NCBI GenBank assembly: GCA_964632485.1
Contig: CAZWDO010000008.1
Span: 62,001 to 126,000 of the forward strand
Origin: an uncultured bacterium
GTDB lineage: Bacteria > JAGOEH01
DNA length: 64,000 nt
Reading direction: 5' to 3'
Shown here piece after piece: positions 1 through 11,713 of this stretch. Below the pieces are notes generated by a model, which was given only the letters and a program-made list of their open reading frames with translations, had not been told where the DNA came from and searched no databases. The first letter of the stretch is position 1. The number at the start of each line of letters is the position of its first letter. The position numbers were made by a program, and so were the translations under genes.

Positions 1-232
1 TGCCTCCATGGCCCTGACCGATCAGGTGTTGAAAAAAGGCAAACCCGCGCAGGAAAGCTATTTGACGTTTTTAAAAGCCGGCGGAAGCGATCACCCCATT
101 GAGATTCTTAAACGCGCTGGGGTCGATATGACAAAACCGGAACCCTATCATGCCGCTCTCAAACGGATTGATACGATGGTTGGCGAGATGGAAAAAATTG
201 TGGCTCGCTTAGAAAAAGCCGGAAAAATTTAA
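1..232 (+). CDS. pepF: Oligoendopeptidase F (M3B), C-terminal fragment; gene starts before the window
   Basis: YLTFLKAGGSDHPIEILKRAGVDM is the typical PepF C-terminal signature; the frame is open at the window edge. Confidence 0.85.
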   Translation, partial: ASMALTDQVLKKGKPAQESYLTFLKAGGSDHPIEILKRAGVDMTKPEPYHAALKRIDTMVGEMEKIVARLEKAGKI

Positions 233-251
233 ACGCTGGGTAATTTCTGTC

Positions 252-286
252 AGGCGGATGGAATTTGTTTCATCCGCCTTTTTTTA
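252..286 (+). terminator. Rho-independent terminator after pepF
   Basis: Stem AGGCGGATG/CATCCGCCT followed by a T-run. Confidence 0.85.
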
Positions 287-304
287 TTTATCCTTTTTTT
301 TAAC

Positions 305-332
305 TTGACAATTAAATTAAATCAATTATATT
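305..332 (+). promoter_or_regulatory. sigma70-type promoter upstream of gapN
   Basis: TTGACA (305-310), 16-nt AT-rich spacer, TATATT (327-332). Confidence 0.6.
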
Positions 333-535
333 TTTTCTATGGATCAAGTGGCAGACTCGATGACCTCTCTCATCCTGAATAATACTGATGCTAAAAACGA
401 TTAATCGTCATTTCCGGCATAATACCGGGCCTGAAACATGCGGGACGAATCTATCGGCCGCAGTTGTATAATCATTAAAAGTAGATGCATGGTTATTGAT
501 GATAATGAAAATGAAAACTAAAAAAGGAAACCAAG

Positions 536-2161
536 ATGAATTTTGATGTGTGTTGGGATTCGCTATTCCCTCAATGGGAAACCACTCCGGATGCTTATCG
601 CCGTTCAGTTCCTTTGAATCAACGGGAATATTTAATAAACGGCGAGATTAAACAATGGCAGGGGCCTTTTCAGGATGTGCATTCCCCCATCTATATTCGT
701 AATCATGAGGGACAGGCAGAACCTTTCTATCTCGGCAGTTACCCGTTGCTATCAGTGAATGAGGCGATGATGGCCCTGGATAGCGCTGTTAAAGCTTTTA
801 ACCAGGGACGTGGAAAATGGCCGACGATGCCGGTGGAAGCCCGGTTGGAACGTCTTCAAACATTTATTGCTTTAATGAAAGAAAAACGTTCGGAAGTGGT
901 CAATCTTCTAATGTGGGAAATCGGTAAAAATTTGAAAGACGCGGAGAAAGAGTTCGATCGGACTGTATTGTACCTACTGGATACGATTGAGGCAGTTAAG
1001 GAGTTGGACCGGGTATCCTCGCATTTTACGATAGAACAAGGGATTATTGCGCAAATCCGACGAGCGCCATTAGGTGTCACACTTTGCATGGGACCTTATA
1101 ATTATCCGTTGAACGAAACCTTTACGACCATGATCCCGGCCCTGATCATGGGCAATACGGTGGTATTTAAACCCCCTAAATATGGTGTCTTGCTGCATTA
1201 CCCCTTGTTGGAACTATTTCGCGACGCTTTCCCTGCCGGAGTCGTTAATACGGTATATGGAGAGGGTCGGGTCGTTATTCCTCCCATGATCGCTTCCGGT
1301 AATATTGATGTGTTGGCATTTATCGGATCCAGCCCGGTTGCCGATAGTATCAAAAAGCAGCATCCTAAACCCCATCGACTCCGATCGGTGTTAGGATTGG
1401 AAGCCAAGAATCCCGCTATTATTTTAGCGGATGCCGATCTGGGACTGGCGGTTGACGAAACGGTTCTGGGGTCTTTATCTTTTAATGGACAACGATGTAC
1501 GGCGTTGAAAATTGTGTTTGCGCATGAAGATATTGTTCAGGAATTTTTAGACCGTTTTTGCGCGGCAGTGGATACTCTAACCTTTGGCATGCCCTGGGAT
1601 AATCCATTTTTGACACCATTGCCTGAACGGGGCAAATGTGATTATCTGCGGGATTTAGTCGTTGATGCTCAAAATCATGGGGCGCGTATTTTGAACCGCT
1701 ATGGGGCAAAGGAGCAGCATTCATTTTTTTATCCAGCGGTTTTGTTTCCGGTTAATTCGCAGATGAAAATTTTTCATGAAGAACAATTCGGGCCTATTGT
1801 TCCAATCGTTCCATTTCGTGATTTGGAAGAGCCCATCGAATATATGCTCAATTCCAATTACGGTCAGCAAGTCAGTATTTTTGGCGCCGATTCGGAGACG
1901 ATTGCCCGTTTAATCGATCCGATGGTCAATCAGGTTTGCCGGGTGAATATCAATTCACAATGTCAGCGGGGACCCGATACGTTTCCATTTACCGGACGGA
2001 AAGATTCCGCGGAGGGAACTTTATCTGTGACAGATGCCTTGCGCGTTTTTACCATTCGTACGCTCGTTGCCGCCAAATCTAATGAACTGAATAAAAATCT
2101 GGTGAAAACGATTATCCGTCAACGACAATCTAACTTTTTATCACGGGATTTTATTTTTTAG
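536..2161 (+). CDS. gapN: Non-phosphorylating NADP-dependent glyceraldehyde-3-phosphate dehydrogenase (ALDH family)
   Basis: ALDH motifs [27 protein letters not shown] (catalytic Cys), EEQFGP and [13 protein letters not shown], typical of the GapN-like subfamily. Confidence 0.8.
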   Translation: MNFDVCWDSLFPQWETTPDAYRRSVPLNQREYLINGEIKQWQGPFQDVHSPIYIRNHEGQAEPFYLGSYPLLSVNEAMMALDSAVKAFNQGRGKWPTMPVEARLERLQTFIALMKEKRSEVVNLLMWEIGKNLKDAEKEFDRTVLYLLDTIEAVKELDRVSSHFTIEQGIIAQIRRAPLGVTLCMGPYNYPLNETFTTMIPALIMGNTVVFKPPKYGVLLHYPLLELFRDAFPAGVVNTVYGEGRVVIPPMIASGNIDVLAFIGSSPVADSIKKQHPKPHRLRSVLGLEAKNPAIILADADLGLAVDETVLGSLSFNGQRCTALKIVFAHEDIVQEFLDRFCAAVDTLTFGMPWDNPFLTPLPERGKCDYLRDLVVDAQNHGARILNRYGAKEQHSFFYPAVLFPVNSQMKIFHEEQFGPIVPIVPFRDLEEPIEYMLNSNYGQQVSIFGADSETIARLIDPMVNQVCRVNINSQCQRGPDTFPFTGRKDSAEGTLSVTDALRVFTIRTLVAAKSNELNKNLVKTIIRQRQSNFLSRDFIF

Positions 2162-5100
2162 TGATCATTAAAACATTTAATTTGAGACATCTCTGGACAA
2201 ATCTTTATATATTAGTTGTTATAATATCGATTTTAATGGGATTTTATCTCAGTGAGCGTCGGGCGGCAATTTGCGATTTTGATATGCGGGAAAAATTGAA
2301 GCGTCATGTAGAAAATATCGCCAGCGCCATTGATGTGGATATGGTGCAGGGCTTGACATTCAGCGCGGTGGATACTCTGAATCCCCAATATCAGCAATTA
2401 TGTTGGATGCTATGGCAGTACGGGCAACTGATCCCGCAGCGCGGGATATATACGATGGCTTTGCGCAGCGGGGAGCTTGTTTTCGGACCGGAGAATTATG
2501 AAGCGGACGATCCCATGGGATCCGGTCCGCCCGGAACTGTCTATGAGCAAGCTGAAGAGGAGGATTTTTTCCCCTTTCGCGAAAAAAATTCGATAGTCAT
2601 CGGCCCTGCGATTGACGAATATGGGACATTCGTCTCGGCATTAGCGCCTGTGGTTGATCCCTCCACTGATTCAGTCTTGCTGGTTGTCGGTATTGATATC
2701 CTGGCCGATCAATGGTTATCCTTGATATGGGCATCCCGTAATGTCGTTATTATTTATATCGTTGTCTTCCTGATTCTTATCAGCCAGGCATTTTTTTTTA
2801 TCAGATGGCGAAATCAACAGGCTGGGGGGTGGCAACACCGTTTTAATTTTCTGGAAGGCGTTATTGTATTAATAATCGGACTCTATTTGACCGCCGGGTT
2901 GTCGTTTATGGTTTTTGAAGCGGAAAAGCGCGAAAACCGAAATACTTTTGAGCGTCTTGCATCAGCCCGGACCTATGCGATTGAAAACGTGCTGCAGGAA
3001 ATTAATATCGGATTACAATCCATAACGAGATGCGCTTTTTCACATTTTATAAGTGCCTCTGATCGTGACGATTGCCGGGTATTTAATATTTTCAGCCAAC
3101 CGTTGATTTTCCGGCTTCCGTTAAATTCCATCCGTTGGTTGGAACGAGTTCCCCTGTCACATAAATCAGAATGGGAAAGCCATCCCATCCGGTTTGGGTG
3201 TTCAGTTCCGGGAATCTGGGAATACGATTCGTTGGGCGCGATGTGTCCGGTAAACGAACGCGGCATTTATTATCCTACGACCTATTTGGCGTCAGTTTCT
3301 GCTACCCGCAAGGGTTTGGGTTTCGATATGGGAAGTATTCCCACTTGCTATGATCTGATTCAACAGGTGACTGCGACCGGCTTAACGTTGATGAAAAATC
3401 GCTTTACAATTGTAGATACCAGTCTGGCGAATTATGTTGTCATCCCGGTCTTCCAGACTTTGTTTTCTATCAACACCGATTCAGTATTTGCGCTATATGA
3501 TTCCACTCAAATTTTGGGATACCTGGTAGCTGAAATTGATTTCCAGAAATTGATTGATCTGGCGTTTAACCGGAGTTTTCTGGAAAAAAACAGAATTTCA
3601 ACACAAATTGTTGATTTGTCTTCCGATAGTTTTTGTTTTTCGCTGGCATCTTATAATAATTCCGAGTTTAATGATAATTTATTTCTATCGGAGAGAAGCG
3701 CAGAGAGATTCAAACTGATGGGACGCTCGATGACTCAGGTTCAACCGCTGTTCTTTTTTAATCATGCTCTGGCGGTTATCAACAAAGAGACCCCTGAATT
3801 CCATGTGGTTTATCCCCTTCGTTCTACCTATTCGATATTGATAATGGGTATCGTATTATCGCTGATTATCGCTTTATTTATAGGTGTACTCCATAATCGG
3901 CAATTGATTCTTCAGCGTTTAGTTCAACAGAGAACAGCGGATATCAGTAAAATGGAACATGAATTGCGGGTTTATTCCGAAAAATTATTTCAGGAACGCA
4001 ATTATTTACAAACCGTATTCAATTCTACTCAGGTGGGGCATTTGCTATTGAATGAAAACAGTACGATTATTCACATCAATCAAATAATCATCGACCTTCT
4101 GGAGTTGCCGGAAAACGAGCTAATCGGCATGCAACCGGGGGATGGTTTATGCTGCATCCATGCTATTTCAGCGAAAGAGGGGTGCGGGTCATCTCAAGTT
4201 TGTAAAAGTTGCCCCATTCGGGAAGCGATTGATCGTGTTTTGAGATTTCATGAAACCATTCGCGACCGGGAAATTAATTTGACGCTCTGTATCCAGGATA
4301 AAATCAAAGAACTCTGGTTTAATCTGAATGCGACTGGAATTGAAATTAATGAAGAGCACCATGTATTAATTGCTTTGATGGATATAACCGATCGCAAGCG
4401 TACAGAACGGGCGCTGGCCGAACGTGAAGAGTTGTTTCGTCAGGCTTTTGAAAATGTAAACACTGGAATGTGCCTCCTGAGTACAACCGGACATTTTATG
4501 AAAGTCAATCAACGGATGTGCCAGATATTCGGCTACAGCGCAGAGGAATTCGAGCAATTGGGATTCGATGATATAACCGTGCCTGAATACATTAATATCC
4601 AACCGGCATTTATAATGGAAGAAATCGAGAGTAAGCTGGATCGGGCGGAGTTTATCAAACAATACTATCATAAAACCGGCAAAAAGGTCTGGGGCAGGGT
4701 AACTAGCTCACTGGTTCGTACTCCGCTGGGTGATCCCCTTTTTTTTATTTCGCAAATAGAGGATATCTCAGATGTCAAAGCGGCTGAAGACGCTTTGAGG
4801 CATAGTGAACAGCAATTTAAAAGCCTATTGTCCGAAATGCCGAATATGGTGCTGGTCCATGTTAATGGAATTATCAAATATGCCAACAAGGCCATGCTTG
4901 ATTCGTTGGAAACGACCTGGGAACAAATGGAAAGCGACTTTGTTTTAGATTATGTGCGCCCGGAGTATAAGGCGATTGTAGCGCAAAATATGGCAAAGCG
5001 CCAGTTGGGTGAAGAAATTGCGGACTATGAAATCCAAATCGAAACTGCGACCCACAAAATTCGCAATACAATTATTCGCGCTAACCGGATTACTTTTGAT

Positions 5101-7482
5101 GATGAGCCGGCTGTGATCGTCATTTTGATCGATATCACCGAGCGAAAGCAGACGGAAGAAAAACTCCAGTTGGCAAATGAAGAGTTGGAAGAAGTGAACA
5201 AATTATTGCAGAATGCGATCGATCATGCCTGCAAAGCCGCTTTGGAAACCCAGGCGGCGAATAAAGCCAAAAGTCAGTTTCTGGCTAATATGAGCCATGA
5301 GATTCGTACTCCCATGAATGCCATTATTGGCATGTCGCACTTGGCGTTAAAAACCGATTTGTCTCCCAGGCAGCACGATTATCTGATTAAAATCCAAAAG
5401 GCTTCCAATTCATTACTCTCGATTATTAATGAGATTCTGGATTTTTCCAAAATCGAAGCCGGAAAGATGTCATTGGAAACGGTTAATTTCGATCTGAATG
5501 AAGTTATCAGCCAGGTGATCGCTATTATTAGTCCGCAGGCTAACGAAAAATCGCTGGAATTGCTGTTTCATATCCCGCCGACAATCCCTCAAAATCTGTT
5601 GGGTGATCCGTTGCGTTTGGGACAAATCTTGATTAATCTTTTAAGCAATGCCGTTAAGTTTACTTCTAAGGGAGAAATTCAGGTTAAATGCGACGTATCT
5701 GAAAAGAAAGAGAATCGGGTTGTTATTACTTTCACTGTTCGTGATACGGGAATCGGAATGACGCCGGAACAAACCGGACGTCTGTTTCAGGCTTTTACCC
5801 AGGCGGATGGTTCAACGACCCGACGCTATGGCGGGACAGGTTTGGGACTCGCTATTACCCGTCATTTGTTGGAAATGATGGGTGGATTTATCGATGTTCA
5901 AAGTCGTCCGGGGGAGGGAACGATCTTCACGTTCTCCCTACCGTTTGAAGTAGGAGACCAGATGCCGGTTCAGCCATACCCTTTGTGGAATATTAAAGAA
6001 CTTCGAATTTTAGTGGTCGATGATAATGAAGCCGCCCGTGAAATACTAATTGAAATGTTTAAAAATTTGAAGTTGAAGGCAGATGCTGTTCCTTCCGCTA
6101 AAGAAGCTATTCGCTGCATACAGGATAATGCTGCCAATCCCTATAATTTGATATTTATGGATTATATGATGCCGGAAATGAATGGAATTGAGGCGATTCA
6201 AAAAATCAAAGAATTGCCGTATATGGAATTAGCTCATATCGTGATGGTTACAGTCAATGATCGGGAAGAGCTGATTGAAAAAGCCAGGGCAGTCGGTGTG
6301 GATCGCTTCCTTACTAAACCAGCAACAATTTCTCAACTCACTGATACATTGAATGAATTATTTATCCGAAAGGAACCGGAAGATTCGGATGATCGAAACA
6401 CTGACACTTCTGAGTATCAACCTTTAAAAGGAATGAAACTGCTCGTAGTTGAAGATAATGAGATTAACCGCCAGGTGGCGATTGAATTACTCAATGATGC
6501 CGGCGCTTTCGTTGATACTGCTGAACATGGTGGAAAAGCGCTCGAAATCCTGGCAACAAAAAGTAATCCAGATTATTACGACGTCATTTTGATGGATATT
6601 CAGATGCCGGTGATGGACGGATTTGAAACAACAAAGCGCATCCGGGAGAATATACGGTATCAAAAACTGCCGATTGTTGCCATGACGGCCCATGCCCTCT
6701 CCGAAGAGCGTGAACGTTGCCTGGAGGCAGGAATGATCGATCATGTGGCCAAACCGCTTAATCCCGAGGCTTTGTTCCGGACGCTTCAACCCTGGAATCG
6801 AACCGTTATTGAATCGTTGAATATGGAAGAGTACCGCTCAAAATTTTATGCAAATTGGAAAAATGAGGACCAATTACCCGCTATCGAGGGCTTGAATTGT
6901 CGAGCTGGACTTAATCTGGTAGCTGGTAATCTTGAGCTTTACTATAGCTTATTACGTCGGTTTGTTGAAGAACAGTCTGACGCGTCTCGAGTGATTAAAG
7001 AAGCCATTGCTAACGGGGAGTTGGAGATAGTAGCGCGACGCGTTCATAGCATTAAAGGGGTCTCCGGCAATATTGGGGCTTTGGAGATTTATGAGTTATC
7101 CATCGAATTTGAGAGCGCAATCAGGGAGAATCAGGCTGATAAAATTTTGGAAAAATATTCGGTTTTTTCTCAGTATTTGGAGAAACTACTACTTAGAATA
7201 ACTAAATTTTTTGCTACTATTCAAACCCGGCAGCTTGAGAACTTGCAACCAGTGGAAGCGCCCGATGAACTATTATCAAAAAAAGAATTAGAGGAATTGA
7301 TTCTGGAGTTGGAACCCTATATTCTGGCCCGCAAGCCAAAACAGTGCAGTCGGATTATCAATAAAATTCGCGCAAAAAAATGGCCGGAAAAAATAATGCG
7401 CGAGTTTGAAAAGATCGAACGTTTGATCCACCAATACAATTTTACGGAGTCTTTGAGAATCGTCCGGTCATTGCTGGAATAA
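2161..7482 (+). CDS. Membrane hybrid sensor histidine kinase (extracytoplasmic Cache-like and CHASE-like sensors, 3 PAS, HisKA, HATPase, 2 REC, Hpt)
   Basis: TM segments; H-box [15 protein letters not shown]-box [11 protein letters not shown]-boxes DTGIG and GGTGLGL; receivers FMDYMMP and LMDIQMP; Hpt [12 protein letters not shown]; the GTG start overlaps the gapN stop. Confidence 0.92.
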   Translation: MIIKTFNLRHLWTNLYILVVIISILMGFYLSERRAAICDFDMREKLKRHVENIASAIDVDMVQGLTFSAVDTLNPQYQQLCWMLWQYGQLIPQRGIYTMALRSGELVFGPENYEADDPMGSGPPGTVYEQAEEEDFFPFREKNSIVIGPAIDEYGTFVSALAPVVDPSTDSVLLVVGIDILADQWLSLIWASRNVVIIYIVVFLILISQAFFFIRWRNQQAGGWQHRFNFLEGVIVLIIGLYLTAGLSFMVFEAEKRENRNTFERLASARTYAIENVLQEINIGLQSITRCAFSHFISASDRDDCRVFNIFSQPLIFRLPLNSIRWLERVPLSHKSEWESHPIRFGCSVPGIWEYDSLGAMCPVNERGIYYPTTYLASVSATRKGLGFDMGSIPTCYDLIQQVTATGLTLMKNRFTIVDTSLANYVVIPVFQTLFSINTDSVFALYDSTQILGYLVAEIDFQKLIDLAFNRSFLEKNRISTQIVDLSSDSFCFSLASYNNSEFNDNLFLSERSAERFKLMGRSMTQVQPLFFFNHALAVINKETPEFHVVYPLRSTYSILIMGIVLSLIIALFIGVLHNRQLILQRLVQQRTADISKMEHELRVYSEKLFQERNYLQTVFNSTQVGHLLLNENSTIIHINQIIIDLLELPENELIGMQPGDGLCCIHAISAKEGCGSSQVCKSCPIREAIDRVLRFHETIRDREINLTLCIQDKIKELWFNLNATGIEINEEHHVLIALMDITDRKRTERALAEREELFRQAFENVNTGMCLLSTTGHFMKVNQRMCQIFGYSAEEFEQLGFDDITVPEYINIQPAFIMEEIESKLDRAEFIKQYYHKTGKKVWGRVTSSLVRTPLGDPLFFISQIEDISDVKAAEDALRHSEQQFKSLLSEMPNMVLVHVNGIIKYANKAMLDSLETTWEQMESDFVLDYVRPEYKAIVAQNMAKRQLGEEIADYEIQIETATHKIRNTIIRANRITFDDEPAVIVILIDITERKQTEEKLQLANEELEEVNKLLQNAIDHACKAALETQAANKAKSQFLANMSHEIRTPMNAIIGMSHLALKTDLSPRQHDYLIKIQKASNSLLSIINEILDFSKIEAGKMSLETVNFDLNEVISQVIAIISPQANEKSLELLFHIPPTIPQNLLGDPLRLGQILINLLSNAVKFTSKGEIQVKCDVSEKKENRVVITFTVRDTGIGMTPEQTGRLFQAFTQADGSTTRRYGGTGLGLAITRHLLEMMGGFIDVQSRPGEGTIFTFSLPFEVGDQMPVQPYPLWNIKELRILVVDDNEAAREILIEMFKNLKLKADAVPSAKEAIRCIQDNAANPYNLIFMDYMMPEMNGIEAIQKIKELPYMELAHIVMVTVNDREELIEKARAVGVDRFLTKPATISQLTDTLNELFIRKEPEDSDDRNTDTSEYQPLKGMKLLVVEDNEINRQVAIELLNDAGAFVDTAEHGGKALEILATKSNPDYYDVILMDIQMPVMDGFETTKRIRENIRYQKLPIVAMTAHALSEERERCLEAGMIDHVAKPLNPEALFRTLQPWNRTVIESLNMEEYRSKFYANWKNEDQLPAIEGLNCRAGLNLVAGNLELYYSLLRRFVEEQSDASRVIKEAIANGELEIVARRVHSIKGVSGNIGALEIYELSIEFESAIRENQADKILEKYSVFSQYLEKLLLRITKFFATIQTRQLENLQPVEAPDELLSKKELEELILELEPYILARKPKQCSRIINKIRAKKWPEKIMREFEKIERLIHQYNFTESLRIVRSLLE

Positions 7483-7506
7483 TTTGTTTTAAAAAGGTGA
7501 AACGCT

Positions 7507-8619
7507 ATGAAAGAACTTGCTGAATGCACAATTCTGGTTGTTGATGATACTAAAGCCAATTTAGATATTCTGGTGGATGCTTTGGGAGAGTTCTATGATA
7601 TATCAGTGGCCACTGACGGGTACAGCGCCTTGGAAGTCGTCGAGCAATCGACGCCGAATTTGATTTTGTTGGATATTATGATGCCTGGAATGGATGGATA
7701 TGAAGTATGCCGCCGTTTGAAAAGTGAACCCCGATGGGCTTCGATCCCGGTTATTTTTCTAACTGCAATGACGGAAATTTCCAGTAAAACCCGGGGTTTT
7801 GAACTCGGGGCGGTGGATTATATCACGAAACCGTTTGAAGTTCTCGAAATTCAGGCCCGTGTAAAGACACATCTCTCGCTGTTGCTGGCGCGGCAACGCC
7901 TGGAACGGCAAAATGAATTGCTGGATACTAAAGTGCGGGAACGCACTCTCGAATTAGCTTTGACCCAGGAAGTGACTATCGAAAGTATGGCCGTATTGGC
8001 TGAATATCGCGATCCCGAAACCGGCGGTCATATCTACCGAACTCAAAACTATATCCGGATACTGGCTGAAAAACTCCGGCGATTTCCCGAGTATCAAACT
8101 CAACTGGCCGACCATTATATCGATCTTCTTTATAAATCAGCGCCGTTGCATGATATTGGAAAAGTGGGTGTTCCCGATCATATCCTCTTAAAACCCGGTA
8201 AATTGTCCGATATTGAGTTTGACGAAATGAAACGGCATACAATTTTGGGATATGAAGCCATAAAAATTCCTGCTAAAAAATTAGGCGCTAATTCCTTTTT
8301 GAATTTAGCCATGGAAATCGCTTATACTCATCATGAGAAATGGGATAAAACCGGATATCCCCGCGGATTAAAAGAAGCAGAAATCCCTCTTTCCGGTCGA
8401 TTGATGGCGTTGGTGGACGTCTATGATGCCCTGATCAGTAAACGAGTTTATAAAGAACCTATGAAGCATTCCCAAGCCGTTTCAATTATATTGAAAGGCA
8501 GGGGAACCCATTTTGAGCCTTTGATTGTGGACGCGTTTCAGGGAATTACTGAAGAATTTCGGCGTATTGCTTTGGAGTATGCTGATTTTAGCGAGGAACG
8601 GGACGCTCTGCGATTGTAA
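7507..8619 (+). CDS. Response regulator with HD-GYP cyclic-dinucleotide phosphodiesterase domain (RpfG-like)
   Basis: REC (VVDD...LLDIMMP...KPF) followed by LHDIGK and HHEKWDKTGYPRGL. Confidence 0.92.
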   Translation: MKELAECTILVVDDTKANLDILVDALGEFYDISVATDGYSALEVVEQSTPNLILLDIMMPGMDGYEVCRRLKSEPRWASIPVIFLTAMTEISSKTRGFELGAVDYITKPFEVLEIQARVKTHLSLLLARQRLERQNELLDTKVRERTLELALTQEVTIESMAVLAEYRDPETGGHIYRTQNYIRILAEKLRRFPEYQTQLADHYIDLLYKSAPLHDIGKVGVPDHILLKPGKLSDIEFDEMKRHTILGYEAIKIPAKKLGANSFLNLAMEIAYTHHEKWDKTGYPRGLKEAEIPLSGRLMALVDVYDALISKRVYKEPMKHSQAVSIILKGRGTHFEPLIVDAFQGITEEFRRIALEYADFSEERDALRL

Positions 8620-8653
8620 GCTAATATCTTATTATCAATTATTCATCCGGACC

Positions 8654-11600
8654 TTAGAACAATCCTAATTGGAATGGCTTTTCATGATCTGGATAATTAC
8701 GCTTGAATTGGGCGAAAGGCAGCACACGGGAAAGAAAGAGTGATGGATTCGGTGCATGATAGGATAAATAGAGTTCATTTTTGGCGCGTGTCATCGCCAC
8801 ATAAAAAAGTCGTTCTTCTTCTTCAGTTCCCTTTTGCATATACTCCGGCGCTGGCAAATATCCTTCCTGAAGCGCGGGCAGGATAACGACCGGGAATTCC
8901 AAGCCTTTAGCGCTATGGATTGTCATCAGATGGACGTTTTGGGAATTGGGGTGGAGCGGCTGGCCGTTAAGAATCTGTTCCAACGTAGCGGGCCAGTTTT
9001 GGCTTTCGAGCAGGATATCGCCGAGGGTATGGACTTCCTCCAGGTCTTCCATTTGCAGATGATGCTGGATAGACGTCAATAACTGCCGGCTAAATCCCGT
9101 TTGAATCTGCTTGACAAATTTATTAAATAGGACCGGCTCAATTTCCGGCGCCATTGAACGATAAAACCCGGATTCAGGATGATTCAAACTGCGCAGAAGC
9201 TTTAAGAAAGTGATTGCCGAAGCGTCCCATTCATCCTGATGGACCGTTATTGGAATTCCTTGTTCCGTAAAGTAGCGGCAATAATCCCGCAGAACTCGGT
9301 GAGCGCGAAATAGAAAGGCTATATCTGACGGCGCATAGGAGCCAGCGCCCGAGCTCCCGATGTTCATATCTTTGCCTCCTAATAGTTCGATGGTTTTTAA
9401 CCGCCAGAACGATTTCTCGTAAGCTGAGGAAGGGTGCTCGATGATTTGAAATATTCCAAAGCGTGGTTTTTCACCGTATTCCATCTGGATGGGCAGGGGG
9501 TGGGTTCGGATTGCATACGGCGCGGCTTTAAGTAATTGAACGGGCAATCGGTACGATTGGCGCAATTGAACTGTCTCTATGCCGGTGAAATGGGATTCGA
9601 TGTGAAGGAGTTCCTGTGGACTTGCTCCACGAAATTCATAAATTGATTGGTAATAATCCCCAATCAGGAAAAATGTTTCGGCCTGCTGTCCGAAGTGTTT
9701 GAGCCATTCGTACTGAATGGGATTGCAATCTTGCAATTCATCAACCAGGATATGACGTGGAAATGGACGTTCAGCAGTCGGCTGCCATTGCAGTGTACGC
9801 AGTAAAAGTTCATTATAATCCACTAATTGTTGATGCTCCAGATAGCGCCGGTATTTTTGATAATAGAGAAATTCGTCTTCAGTAAGCAGCATATTAGCCG
9901 GTTTTGGAAATCCATTGACCGCTTCATCAAATCGCTTCAGTAAATGAGTTGGTTTCAGAGATGAATTATTCATTTGAATCAATTGATTGATAATCAATTG
10001 GCGATCTTTTTCGTTAATAATTTGCAGCGGTTGGGTGTGGGAAAGGTTTATAAGGTCCCAGGCAATCGAGTGAAAAGTTCCGACCCAGGGTGGACGTTTG
10101 AACAGTTTAAGCCGATTGAGGATTTCCTGTGCGGCTTTTTGTGTAAAAGTAACCACCAGAATTTCAGACCAATCAGCGCTTAAGTGGAGTTCTTTGATGC
10201 GGTCAATTAAAACGGTGGTCTTCCCGGTTCCCGGTCCAGCTTGGACGAAGATTCGGGCAGGAGGGGAGTGGACCAATTCAAGTTGTTGTGAATTCAGGTC
10301 ACGGATTCCCTGGAGTGGCAGGGGATGTAGTTCTGGCATATCCATAGCGATTTGTTCGGAAACAATATATTTTCGTTTCTTTTTTTCAAGGGTCTGAATG
10401 ATACTATAGGCTTTGCCAATCGAATGGAATCCTGTTTTAAAGAGCGAAGAGCGTTCACTTTTATTGAAAACCTGGATTTGGCCATATTCCCCGTCGTAAC
10501 CCGGGCGGATATCGATTTGTCCCAGACGCATCCGATGGAGGGCTTCCTTGAGCAGCGGATTGTCCATTTTTAATTCGTCTGGCGAAAGATTCAATAAAAT
10601 ATCGAGTTCTGGTCCGTTGAGGCGAATCAGGTTTCGGTAGGAATCCAGGACTTTGCGGGACGTAACTCCCATATTCCAGCATTCGGCTAACAAATTGGTG
10701 AGTGAGATCAAGTGATGATACGGCCGTCCTCTGGAGCCTGGGATGTCGGGCGGTTTGTCGGCCAATTCAAGAACCCGATGCAGAACACCCGGAGTTAAGC
10801 GCTTTTGACAGACCGGACAGATGTTATTTAGACGGCAGGCTTCTTCCGGATCAAGAAATAGATTGCATTTACGGTGTCCGTCGAAATGGTATTTCCCTTC
10901 TTGGGGAAAAAACTCAAGGGTCTGCTCAAGTTCAGCGGATGGAGATCGATTTTTCAGGGCTTGAAGGATCCCTTTATATGAGAAGTCCGTATTGAAGATG
11001 TTAGCTTCGCGCGCTAAATTGCCGGGACTGTGAGCGTCGGAATTGGATACAAGAAAGTAGTTTTCCAGTTCCTTGATTCGCCAGTTCATGGGCGGGTCGG
11101 AGCTGAGACCCGTTTCAACCGCATAGATGTGAGATGACAATTCGCCAAAACATTCCTGGATGCTGTTGAAACCGGAAAAAGAACCGTAAAGCGAAAAATG
11201 GGGTGTCCAGATATGGGCCGGAATAAAAATAATTGAGTCGTCGATCTCCAGAGCCGAATGGAGCAGATCATAGCTGTCGCAGCCCAGAATCGGGCGTCCG
11301 TCGCTGCGAATATTGCCGCGTTGGTCCCAATATCGGCTGTAACGCTGCGCGCTTGCCAGTGTTGGAAATAGCAACAGATGGTGCAGTTTACGCACCTTCC
11401 CGTTTTTTTTATAGATAGTGGATATTTCGGTGGACAAGATGAAATGTATAGGATTACGGGTACAACTGGGAGGCAACTCGCTTGCCCACTCTTTGCGGTA
11501 TTCCTCTTTAAGTTGGTAGAAACCCGAGGTATTGTTTTCAACCAGGTAGGTTTGGAGTTCTTCGAGATAACCGGGATGGATACAATCGCCGGTACCGACC

Positions 11601-11713
11601 AAATGCAGTCCCTTCCGGGCTGCCGAACGCGCATAATCGACTACATTCGCCTGCCGGCTGGTGGCAATTGAAAAATGGGAATGAACATGTAAATCAGCAA
11701 TAAAGCGGGGCAC
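8654..11713 (-). CDS. Fusion of an EndoQ-like PHP nuclease with Zn-ribbon and a UvrD/PcrA-family SF1 helicase
   Basis: N-terminal DLHVHSHFS, HIWTPHFS, SNSDAHS, GKYHFDGHRKC...CPVC and PGYDGEYG; C-terminal AGPGTGKT, DELQD, GDYYQSIYEFRGA, TIHSAKGLEF and EERLFYVAMTRAK. Confidence 0.85.
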   Translation of the reverse strand: MPRFIADLHVHSHFSIATSRQANVVDYARSAARKGLHLVGTGDCIHPGYLEELQTYLVENNTSGFYQLKEEYRKEWASELPPSCTRNPIHFILSTEISTIYKKNGKVRKLHHLLLFPTLASAQRYSRYWDQRGNIRSDGRPILGCDSYDLLHSALEIDDSIIFIPAHIWTPHFSLYGSFSGFNSIQECFGELSSHIYAVETGLSSDPPMNWRIKELENYFLVSNSDAHSPGNLAREANIFNTDFSYKGILQALKNRSPSAELEQTLEFFPQEGKYHFDGHRKCNLFLDPEEACRLNNICPVCQKRLTPGVLHRVLELADKPPDIPGSRGRPYHHLISLTNLLAECWNMGVTSRKVLDSYRNLIRLNGPELDILLNLSPDELKMDNPLLKEALHRMRLGQIDIRPGYDGEYGQIQVFNKSERSSLFKTGFHSIGKAYSIIQTLEKKKRKYIVSEQIAMDMPELHPLPLQGIRDLNSQQLELVHSPPARIFVQAGPGTGKTTVLIDRIKELHLSADWSEILVVTFTQKAAQEILNRLKLFKRPPWVGTFHSIAWDLINLSHTQPLQIINEKDRQLIINQLIQMNNSSLKPTHLLKRFDEAVNGFPKPANMLLTEDEFLYYQKYRRYLEHQQLVDYNELLLRTLQWQPTAERPFPRHILVDELQDCNPIQYEWLKHFGQQAETFFLIGDYYQSIYEFRGASPQELLHIESHFTGIETVQLRQSYRLPVQLLKAAPYAIRTHPLPIQMEYGEKPRFGIFQIIEHPSSAYEKSFWRLKTIELLGGKDMNIGSSGAGSYAPSDIAFLFRAHRVLRDYCRYFTEQGIPITVHQDEWDASAITFLKLLRSLNHPESGFYRSMAPEIEPVLFNKFVKQIQTGFSRQLLTSIQHHLQMEDLEEVHTLGDILLESQNWPATLEQILNGQPLHPNSQNVHLMTIHSAKGLEFPVVILPALQEGYLPAPEYMQKGTEEEERLFYVAMTRAKNELYLSYHAPNPSLFLSRVLPFAQFKRNYPDHEKPFQLGLF

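Noticed and set aside
385-475. Hammerhead-ribozyme-like pieces (CTGATG...GAAACA...TGTA)
   Set aside because: The core reads CTGATGC rather than CUGANGA, there is no single stem II, and stem I pairs poorly
11086-11634. 182-aa alternative-frame ORF inside the EndoQ-UvrD gene
   Set aside because: Fully nested, atypical composition; the main frame is intact so no frameshift is needed
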